The notes beneath the pieces were generated by a model, which saw only the letters and a list, made by a program, of their open reading frames with translations, did not search any database and was not told where the DNA came from. 64,000 nucleotides of DNA from assembly GCA_045107005.1 (NCBI GenBank), contig JBGCFP010000040.1, forward strand, positions 10,470-74,469, in the 5' to 3' direction. Made by a program: the position numbers and the translations under genes. Positions 56,882 to 64,000 of this stretch are shown in pieces; position 1 is the first letter of the stretch, and each line of letters opens with the position of its first letter. This DNA comes from Gammaproteobacteria bacterium. Lineage in GTDB: Bacteria > Pseudomonadota > Gammaproteobacteria > Steroidobacterales > JBCCMA01.

Positions 56882-59800
56882 ATGTGGCTATCGGATACGT
56901 CGGTCAAACGCCCGGTCTTCGCGACGGTGGTCAGCTTGCTGTTGATCGCTTTCGGAATTCTGGCGTTCCAGTCACTGACGACGCGCGAGTACCCGGACAT
57001 CGTGCCACCGGTGATCTCGGTGAGCACGACCTACGCCGGTGCATCCGCGAATATTGTCGAGACGCGGATCACCCAGCTTCTGGAAAAACAAATTGCGGGC
57101 ATCGAAGGCATCAGAACCATGACGTCGCGCAGCCAGGACGGCTCGTCACGCATCACGATTGAATTTGGCCTGGACGCTGACCTCGCCGAAGCGGCCAATG
57201 ACGTGCGCGACCGGGTCAGCCGCGTTGCCCGCGCGCTGCCCGATGGTGTCGACCTGCCATCGATCTCAAAGCGCGATTCAGACGCGCGCCCGATCATGTA
57301 CCTGAGCCTGACCAGCGCTGGCGACATGACGCCCATGGCGCTCAATGACTACGCCGAGCGCTATCTGGTGGACCGCTTTAACGTAATCCCCGGCGTGTCG
57401 CGCATGGACGTGTTCGGGTCGGGTCGTCCGTCCATGCGCGTCTGGCTCGACCGAGTGGCACTGGCCGCACGTAATCTGACCGTCCAGGACGTCGAAACCG
57501 CGTTGCGCCAACAGAACATCGAGCTGCCCGCCGGCACGCTGGAATCCAACAGCCGTCAACGTCAGGTTCGCTTGGCTCGCGGCTACGAGACTGAGGCGGA
57601 TTTTCGCGCGCTCGTGGTCGCTCGCGGTGACGACGGCTATCTGATCCGGCTAGGCGAAGTTGCGCGTGTGGAGCGCGCGCCTGAGAACATTCGCAATGTT
57701 TTTCGAGCCAATGCAACCAACACCGTGGCACTGGGTGTTGTAAAGCAATCGACGGCCAATACGGTCGCCGTGCTCGAAGCCGTCAAGGAAACCGTCGCTC
57801 AGGTTAATGAAGACATGCCGGGCGACATGAAACTGATTCCCAGCAGCGACGATTCGATTTACATCCGCGCCGCGATTCGCGCTGTCTTTTTGACCATTCT
57901 GGTAACAACGGGGCTGGTCAGCGCCGTGCTGTTGTTTTTCTTGGGCTCGCTACGCGCCACGATCGTGCCCGCCTTAACGATCCCCATCTGTCTGACGGCG
58001 TCGTTCATGGCGCTATCAGCGTTCGGCTACACCATTAATCTGATCACGCTGCTTGCTCTGGTGCTGTGCATCGGCCTGGTCGTTGACGATGCGATTGTGG
58101 TGGTCGAGAACATTCACCGGCGCATGGAAAAACGCGGCGAAGCGCCACTGCTCGCCGCGTACAAAGGCACGCGTCAGGTCGGATTTGCCGTGATCGCAAC
58201 GACGCTGGTCCTCGTGGCCGTGTTCACACCCATTCTGTTTCTCAAAGACAACCTCGGGCAGCTGTTTGGCGAGCTCGCGGTGACCGTATCCGCCGCGATG
58301 ATCTTCTCGACGGTGCTCGCGCTGTCGCTCACGCCCATGCTGTGTTCGAAACTGTTCAAGCCGCACACGCAACAAGGTCGAGTCAGCGCCGCCATTGATC
58401 GATGGTTCGAAGGTCTGAACGAGCTCTACGGGCGTACGCTTGCGGCGTCGCTGCGAGTACCCATTGCCGCCGTGCTCGCGACCGTGTTGGTCGTGATCAG
58501 CAGTTGGTATCTCTACAATGAAGTGGACCAGGAGTACGCGCCACAGGAAGATCAAGGCAATTTTATCGCCAGTTTCCGCGCCGCGGAAGGCTCGAGCTTT
58601 AAACGCATGGCCGAATTCGTCGACGAAATCGAAGCACCCATGCGACCCTACATCGATTCGGGCGTGATGCAGCGTGGCCTGCTGCTAATTCCGGGTTTTG
58701 GCGGTCGCGGCAATAACACAGCTGTTGTCATTGTGACGCTGTCGCCCGATCGGCCACCTGACGCGCTCACCGAAAAAATCAAGAACGATTTGACACGGGA
58801 ATGGAACAATATCCCCGGACTCAAAGCCTTCAGTTTCCTTCGCTCCGGGCTGTCCCGCGGCGGCGGCGGGCAGCCGGTGCAGATTGTCATCGGTGGCAGC
58901 AACTACGACGAACTGGCGCGCTGGAGAGACGTGGTGCTCGATCGCGCGGCAGAAAACCCCGGCCTGGCTCGCGTGGAATCAAATCTCGATGATACGCAGC
59001 CACAGATCTCGATTAACGTTGATCGACGGCGAGCCGCCTCGCTCGGTGTCTCCATCGAAGCGGTGGGCACAACCCTGGAATCGATGATGGCCGAGAAGCG
59101 CGTTGCGACTTACGTGGTCGACGGCGAGGAGTACGAGATCATCATGCAGGCCGACGCGCTGCAGCGCCAAACCACCAGCGATCTACAGAATATTTTCGTG
59201 CGGTCCGCCTCGTCGGGCCAGCTGATTCCGTTGTCCAATCTGATCACGATCGACGAAAAGGCGGGGGCCAGTCAGCTCAACCGCTACAATCGCTTGCGGG
59301 CCGTTACCATCAGCGCGAGTCTGGTCGGCGACTACACGCTACCGGAGGCGCTTGCGTTCTTTGAGGACGTGGTGCGCAACGAACTACCGGCCGTCGCACA
59401 ACTGGATTACGCAGGCGAGTCTCTGGAGTTTAAGGAAGCCAGCGGCGGGCTGATGTTTACGTTTGGCATCGCGCTGCTCGTGGTCTTTCTCGTGCTCGCC
59501 GCCCAGTTCGAGAGTTTCATTCACCCGCTGGTCATTATGGTCGCCGTGCCTTTGGCTGTCGCTGGCGGCTTGCTGGGCCTCTACGTCACGAATACACCGT
59601 TCAACATCTTCAGTCAGATTGCCATGATCATCCTGATCGGCATCGCCACCAAGAACGGCATTTTGATCGTCGAATTCATCAACCAGATGCGGGAAAGCGG
59701 AGAGGATTTCGAGCGATCGATCGTCGAAGCCGCAAAGATTCGTCTACGACCTGTCTTGATGACCACTATCTCGACGTCAGCGGGCGCCGTGCCTTTGATG

Positions 59801-59983
59801 CTGGCGTCCGGGGCTGGCTCGGTGAGCCGACAAAATCTGGGCATTGTGATGTTCTTCGGCGTGTTGATCAGCGCTTTTATGACGCTGTACATCGTGCCCG
59901 CGTTCTACAAACTGCTGGCGCGAGGAACCCGGTCGCGTAACGCGGTGGCGGACGAATTGGGCGCACTTCAACGCGAATCCTGA
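56882..59983 (+). CDS. RND efflux permease (AcrB/HAE1-type)
   Basis: 1033 aa. The N-terminus is MWLSDTSVKRPVFATVVSLLLIAFG. It has a 12-TM layout with two large loops and LGLVVDDAIVVVENI. Confidence 0.93.
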   Translation: MWLSDTSVKRPVFATVVSLLLIAFGILAFQSLTTREYPDIVPPVISVSTTYAGASANIVETRITQLLEKQIAGIEGIRTMTSRSQDGSSRITIEFGLDADLAEAANDVRDRVSRVARALPDGVDLPSISKRDSDARPIMYLSLTSAGDMTPMALNDYAERYLVDRFNVIPGVSRMDVFGSGRPSMRVWLDRVALAARNLTVQDVETALRQQNIELPAGTLESNSRQRQVRLARGYETEADFRALVVARGDDGYLIRLGEVARVERAPENIRNVFRANATNTVALGVVKQSTANTVAVLEAVKETVAQVNEDMPGDMKLIPSSDDSIYIRAAIRAVFLTILVTTGLVSAVLLFFLGSLRATIVPALTIPICLTASFMALSAFGYTINLITLLALVLCIGLVVDDAIVVVENIHRRMEKRGEAPLLAAYKGTRQVGFAVIATTLVLVAVFTPILFLKDNLGQLFGELAVTVSAAMIFSTVLALSLTPMLCSKLFKPHTQQGRVSAAIDRWFEGLNELYGRTLAASLRVPIAAVLATVLVVISSWYLYNEVDQEYAPQEDQGNFIASFRAAEGSSFKRMAEFVDEIEAPMRPYIDSGVMQRGLLLIPGFGGRGNNTAVVIVTLSPDRPPDALTEKIKNDLTREWNNIPGLKAFSFLRSGLSRGGGGQPVQIVIGGSNYDELARWRDVVLDRAAENPGLARVESNLDDTQPQISINVDRRRAASLGVSIEAVGTTLESMMAEKRVATYVVDGEEYEIIMQADALQRQTTSDLQNIFVRSASSGQLIPLSNLITIDEKAGASQLNRYNRLRAVTISASLVGDYTLPEALAFFEDVVRNELPAVAQLDYAGESLEFKEASGGLMFTFGIALLVVFLVLAAQFESFIHPLVIMVAVPLAVAGGLLGLYVTNTPFNIFSQIAMIILIGIATKNGILIVEFINQMRESGEDFERSIVEAAKIRLRPVLMTTISTSAGAVPLMLASGAGSVSRQNLGIVMFFGVLISAFMTLYIVPAFYKLLARGTRSRNAVADELGALQRES

Positions 59984-60276
59984 GCGACACTCAGTATGCT
60001 GGTGTGACGAATTGAAGAGGCACTAGACCGCTCCCATCGGCGCGCTGTGATCCAGTCACTTCTCAACCGTAGAACCTGCGGCTCACTCGCGATCACCTGT
60101 ACGTGAAATCCGACCTTTTCCAGTTCAAGCGCCGCGGCGAGGCCCGCCAGGCCGGCGCCGACGACAACCACATCGAGCGGCGCATCCGGTTTTACGCCGC
60201 ACGCCGCGAGACCGACAGCCGGCGCCGCCGACGCGATGAAACGCCGGCGACTGGCACGCAACGCGTTGGACGTCAT
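59968..60276 (-). pseudogene. truncated remnant of a Tat-signal FAD-dependent (amine-oxidase-like) oxidoreductase
   Basis: MTSNALRASRRFIASAAPAVGLAAC (Tat/lipobox-like) is followed by DVVVVGAGLAGLAAALELEKVGFHVQVI, the first beta-alpha-beta of an FAD Rossmann fold. About 40 unrelated codons and a stop follow. Total length is 102 aa, against the roughly 450 aa or more I would expect. It overlaps the RND gene 3' end by 16 nt. Confidence 0.5.
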
Positions 60277-60280
60277 CGAC

Positions 60281-61171
60281 CTAGTTCGAACGATCCGGCA
60301 GCGTGCGCTCCCCGGTCTGCAAGCGCTTGTAGTACATCCAGCTGGTTTCGTTGCGACGTTCGTCGTCCACCGGTGGCGGCGCGACGTAGTCAGGGTAATT
60401 CGTGCGAATTTCGTTCTGCATTCTGTCGGACAGTTCGTCCCACGACCCGAGCTTGCGCCCGTTCGCATTGACATAAAGCATGCCTTCGCGACCGCTCATC
60501 TTCATAAACGGCAGCCAATCGGATATGCGACTCCACGCGACGTGCACGCGGGTGGTCGTCGTGCGTGGACTCAGCAGGGATTTCGTATCGCCGAAAAACC
60601 CGAACATCTCGGTCGCGTGGTACGTGCCGCCAATCTCGGCTGCGAATTCCGAGGCCAGTGGATTGGGGTAGTACAGCGGAACCACGAACGGATCACGCCA
60701 GATGTCGCCTTCAATGGTGCCGTTCCAGGTGTAAGGCTTGCCGTCGCGGCCCACCGAATAGTTGCTGAAATTGACCGGATCGTTCGCGATGTGTATCACG
60801 TCCAGCGTTTCACCGGTCCAGGGGTTGTCCCACTTGGACATCACTTCGCCGGTCTGCGTATCAATAAACAACATGATCTCGCGAGACACCATTTTGAAAC
60901 CCTCACCGCGCTCAGGGTCCTCAATGGTCGTGCACTGGCGCACGTTCATGCCTTCAACGTCGAACAGTTTTTTGTCACGCTCGCCCTGACGACGCGAGTA
61001 CATCGCGCCTTCCCAAAAGTATGTCACCGGCGTGGCGTCTTTGGTCGAACACAAGACCTTGCGGGAGATTTTCAGCGCGTCCGCCGTGTTTTGCGGATCA
61101 AGTTTGGCCGCTTGTGTTGGCAGCGCCAGTGCACCAAGTAGCAGCGATATCAGGAGACCAGTTACTTTCAT
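60281..61171 (-). CDS. DUF1838 domain secreted protein
   Basis: Signal peptide MKVTGLLISLLLGALALPTQA. The body (VTYFWEGAMYSR...WDNPWTGETLDVIHIANDPVN...YYPNPL) matches DUF1838 as I remember it. I prefer the ATG at 61171. Confidence 0.78.
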   Translation of the reverse strand: MKVTGLLISLLLGALALPTQAAKLDPQNTADALKISRKVLCSTKDATPVTYFWEGAMYSRRQGERDKKLFDVEGMNVRQCTTIEDPERGEGFKMVSREIMLFIDTQTGEVMSKWDNPWTGETLDVIHIANDPVNFSNYSVGRDGKPYTWNGTIEGDIWRDPFVVPLYYPNPLASEFAAEIGGTYHATEMFGFFGDTKSLLSPRTTTTRVHVAWSRISDWLPFMKMSGREGMLYVNANGRKLGSWDELSDRMQNEIRTNYPDYVAPPPVDDERRNETSWMYYKRLQTGERTLPDRSN

Positions 61172-61226
61172 TGGATAGACCCTCTGTTCACAAGACTGTT
61201 GCGGGACGTCTTGGCGATATCCCAAG

Positions 61227-61835
61227 TCAAAGTGCCACCCACGGACGTTGGCCCGCATCGCGCTCTTTGAACGTTTTCAATTCTTCGGCATACGTCAGCG
61301 TTTGATCGATATCGTCGACACCTTGCAGCAGGCGCTCCCGATCGCGCGTGTCGATGACAAATGCAAACATCAGTGTATCGGCGCGCACTTCGCGCTGCCG
61401 CAAATCAACCGTCACATCCTGCGCGGCCGACACTTGCGCAATGGCGCTGATGTCAGAGCGCTCGAGACGCACGGGCAAGACCCCGTTGGACAGGCAGTTA
61501 CTGTAAAAAATCGCGCCAAAGGACGGTGCAATGACACATCGAATCCCAAAATCACGCAGCGCCCAGACCGCGTGCTCGCGCGACGATCCGCACCCGAAGT
61601 TCTCACCGCCAAGCAAGATGGTCGCCCCACGGAAGCGCTCCTGATTCAATATGAACCCGTCGTCGTCGATGCGACCATCAAGTCCGGCGACATAGCGCCA
61701 CTGGGCGAACAGGCCAACGCCCAGGCCCTCTTTCGACACTCGATTCATCTCGCGCGACGGAATAATGGCGTCAGTATCAATATTGTCGCGCAGCAGCGGT
61801 GCCGCGATGCCCTTGTGCACATCAAACGACTGCAT
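61227..61835 (-). CDS. aconitase-family dehydratase small subunit (LeuD-like)
   Basis: MQSFDVHKGIAAPLLRDNIDTDAIIPSREM and GENFGCGSSREHAVWAL are LeuD/swivel-domain motifs. Confidence 0.85.
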   Translation of the reverse strand: MQSFDVHKGIAAPLLRDNIDTDAIIPSREMNRVSKEGLGVGLFAQWRYVAGLDGRIDDDGFILNQERFRGATILLGGENFGCGSSREHAVWALRDFGIRCVIAPSFGAIFYSNCLSNGVLPVRLERSDISAIAQVSAAQDVTVDLRQREVRADTLMFAFVIDTRDRERLLQGVDDIDQTLTYAEELKTFKERDAGQRPWVAL

Positions 61836-63261
61836 GGCGCCCTCCGTCCGCTTGACGCACAGACTCCGCATCGCACAGATGCCCTGTCACTGCGCTGGCA
61901 GCCACCGTCCTGGGGCTTGCCAGATGCGTGCGCACACCCGGACCTTGCCGGCCTTCAAAATTTCGATTCGTGGATGAGACGACGCGCTCGGTGGGCGCGA
62001 ACCCGTCGCCCCCTGCGTAAAAGCACAGGGAGCAACCGGCTTCGCGCCATTCGAAGCCGGCACGCTTGAACACCCGATCGAGACCTTCGCGCTCGGCCGA
62101 GCGTTTTACCTGGGTCGAGCCCGGCACGCACAACGCTTTGACGCCCGGTGCCACTCGATGGCCGTCGAGAACGCGCGCGGCGTCGCGCAAATCGCTCAGT
62201 CGGCTGTTGGTGCACGAACCAATGAACGCGCCGTCGATGGGCGTGCCACGCAACGTGGCACCCGGCGCCAGATCCATGTAAGCGAGCGCTTTCGATGCGT
62301 GTTCCCGGACAGAGCGCGACGACCAGGTTTCCGGCGCCGGCAGCGGCTGATCCAACCCACACGCCTGTTGCGGGCTGGTACCCCAAGTGGCCATGACGGG
62401 AACCTCGGACGCATTCAAGCGCACCTCGCGATCAAACCCGGCACCCTTGTCACTGGCCAGCGAGCGCCAGTGGGCAAGCGCTCGTTCAGCGCGTTCGCCC
62501 TTGGGTGCGTAGGGCCGGCCCTGCAAGTAATCAAGCGTTTTTTGATCGGGCGCGATGACGCCGGTAAACGCGGCAAACTCAACCGCCATATTGCACAACG
62601 TGAAACGCGCCTCAACCGGCAGCGCGGACACCGCCGGCCCGGCAAACTCGACTGCATACCCAGCGCCTCCGGATACGCCGAATTCCCGCAACAGTGCCAG
62701 CACCAGATCTTTACTGCGCACGTGTTCTCCAAGCAAGCCATCAAACGTCACCCGCATGGTCTGCGGACGGGTGACTTTAAGCATCTCGGTCGCCAGCACG
62801 TGTTCACAGTCGCTCGTGCCGATACCGAAGGCCAACGCGCCCAGCGCGCCCAGCGTGCACGTATGGCTGTCGGGGCAAACAACGCTCAAACCCGGCAGTG
62901 CAATGCCCTGCTCAGCCGCTACCAGATGCCCAATACCCTGATCGTCATCCGTCACATCGAACAATCGAATGCCGGCCTCGCCCGCCGCGTCGCGCAGCGT
63001 TCGGATAAACGCGTCGCCGCCAGGTACGGGGGTTTTATCGGTGCGCCCGGAGCGTGTATCGACAATGTGATCCGCCACGGCAAATGCGTGCGCGGGATTG
63101 GCCACCCCGCGACCACTGGCGTGCAACGAGCGCAGTGCGATGCCGCCGGTACGCTCATGCAAGAACAGGCGATCGACGTAGAGCAACGCGTCGCGCTCAC
63201 CCAGAGCACGCACGACATGTGCGTCCCAAAGTTTGCTAAACAGCGTACGCGGCGCAGTCAT
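61822..63261 (-). CDS. aconitase-family dehydratase large subunit (LeuC-like, non-canonical)
   Basis: MTAPRTLFSKLWDAHVV..., plus the Fe-S ligand regions VCPDSHTCTLGA, FIGSCTNSRLSDL and GCSLC. It has LHERTGGIAL where I recall HEVTSPQAF in canonical LeuC. The ATG at 63261 is the likely start. Confidence 0.85.
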   Translation of the reverse strand: MTAPRTLFSKLWDAHVVRALGERDALLYVDRLFLHERTGGIALRSLHASGRGVANPAHAFAVADHIVDTRSGRTDKTPVPGGDAFIRTLRDAAGEAGIRLFDVTDDDQGIGHLVAAEQGIALPGLSVVCPDSHTCTLGALGALAFGIGTSDCEHVLATEMLKVTRPQTMRVTFDGLLGEHVRSKDLVLALLREFGVSGGAGYAVEFAGPAVSALPVEARFTLCNMAVEFAAFTGVIAPDQKTLDYLQGRPYAPKGERAERALAHWRSLASDKGAGFDREVRLNASEVPVMATWGTSPQQACGLDQPLPAPETWSSRSVREHASKALAYMDLAPGATLRGTPIDGAFIGSCTNSRLSDLRDAARVLDGHRVAPGVKALCVPGSTQVKRSAEREGLDRVFKRAGFEWREAGCSLCFYAGGDGFAPTERVVSSTNRNFEGRQGPGVRTHLASPRTVAASAVTGHLCDAESVRQADGGRHAVV

Positions 63262-63401
63262 CGTCTGGCGTTTATCCGTCGCGATGATGGTGGTGACGGT
63301 CCGTGCTGTTTTGTGCCCATCTGATACCTCGATCCCGTGCGGTGGTTGTCCCTGCCCCCGTAAGGTAGGCTTGCGCCTGCGCTCTGATTGAGCGCAAACT
63401 A

Positions 63402-63423
63402 AATGTCCTATAAGTAGGACATT
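63402..63423. promoter_or_regulatory. palindrome in a divergent intergenic region (candidate operator)
   Basis: AATGTCCTA-taag-TAGGACATT has perfect 9-bp arms. It lies between the LeuC-like start (63261, minus strand) and the methyltransferase start (63474, plus strand). Confidence 0.35.
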
Positions 63424-63473
63424 ATAACAAGATGGCCCTGGCCACCAGCCTGTCACTTTTGAGGAACAAAAGC

Positions 63474-64000
63474 ATGCTCGCGATTCGACCAACACTCTTC
63501 GCCGCCGTTGTGGCTGGCGCTGTTGCCATTACCTCCGGTTGCGCCTCGGCGGATGCCTCGGACAGCATGGAAAAAAGCGCTAAACGAATGGATGGCAGCA
63601 GCAAGCGCGTCCTGCAGACCATTGCCGATGGTGACCACAGATCCGACAAAAACCGTGCTCGCAATGCCTCACGAAACCCGGCCGAAACGCTGAGCTTTTT
63701 CGGTATCCAGCCGAACATGACCGTGGTGGAAATTGCGCCGGGCGGCGGCTGGTACACCGAAATTCTGGCGCCCTACTTAAAGCAGGATGGCGTCTATTAC
63801 GCCGGGCACTATGATCCGAATCATGAACGCGAGTATTTTCGCACCAGCGTCGGGCGCTACAGCGACAAGCTGGCCGCGAATCCCAAACTCTACGGCGCAG
63901 TCAAACTGACGGTGTTTTCGCCCCCCGATACGATGGACGCCGCGCCCGACGGTAGCGCCGACATGGTCGTGACCTTCCGCAATACGCACGGCTGGATGCG
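63474..64000 (+). CDS. class I SAM-dependent methyltransferase-like lipoprotein; partial, runs off the right edge
   Basis: Absent from the ORF track because it has no stop. My translation from the ATG at 63474 (GAGGAA Shine-Dalgarno sequence at 63461) reads MLAIRPTLFAAVVAGAVAITSGC (lipobox) ... MTVVEIAPGGGWYTEILAP (SAM motif I-like) ... ADMVVTFRNTHGWM. It stays open to the window end. Confidence 0.75.
   Translation, partial: MLAIRPTLFAAVVAGAVAITSGCASADASDSMEKSAKRMDGSSKRVLQTIADGDHRSDKNRARNASRNPAETLSFFGIQPNMTVVEIAPGGGWYTEILAPYLKQDGVYYAGHYDPNHEREYFRTSVGRYSDKLAANPKLYGAVKLTVFSPPDTMDAAPDGSADMVVTFRNTHGWM

Noticed and set aside
1-64000. Search for CRISPR arrays, tRNA/rRNA genes, transposases, integrases, prophage blocks and toxin-antitoxin or other defence-type gene pairs
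   Set aside because: I found no regularly spaced repeats, no cloverleaf-like or rRNA-like stretches in the few non-coding gaps, and no recombinase, transposase or nuclease/ATPase defence-type motifs in any credible ORF. The only phage-related signal is the tube-gene pair reported above.

Overview
This is a 64-kb, gene-dense chromosomal window from a high-GC (roughly 60%) Gram-negative bacterium. Gene content suggests a gammaproteobacterium, but that is a guess I cannot verify here. I support about 53 protein-coding genes. Two of them run off the window edges and are missing from the ORF track, and one is a truncated gene remnant. I found no rRNA, tRNA, CRISPR array, transposase or integrase. 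Many long ORFs in the track are antisense shadows of real genes, which is typical of high-GC DNA, and several real genes start well inside the listed ORF. Most of the content is housekeeping or central metabolism: korAB with a GltD/ferredoxin-like partner, class III ADH, glpK, glnS, ggt, metA-metY, hflKC, fused isobutyryl-CoA mutase icmF, an RND efflux pair, SDRs, an acyl-CoA ligase and a crotonase. Two loci stand out. (1) 43972..54737 is an eight-gene, tightly coupled operon. It joins a Tat-signal TldD/PmbA metallopeptidase pair to a DUF4159 / MoxR AAA+ / DUF58 / BatA-N-terminal / two large membrane protein set, and one of those proteins carries a His/Asp/Glu-rich tract. (2) 31411..32290 is an isolated pair of contractile-injection-system (Afp1/Pvc1-type, T4 gp19 family) tail-tube genes with no sheath, baseplate, spike or ATPase gene nearby. 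Smaller observations include a MaoC-CitE-IcmF acyl-CoA cluster, a 31-bp-arm inverted repeat between glpK and glnS, a truncated Tat-signal FAD-oxidase remnant abutting the RND operon, a secreted TSP3/dockerin-like protein, a non-canonical LeuCD-like pair linked to secreted DUF1838, and a low-GC 325-bp intergenic region. All family assignments come from motif recognition by eye. No database search was run.
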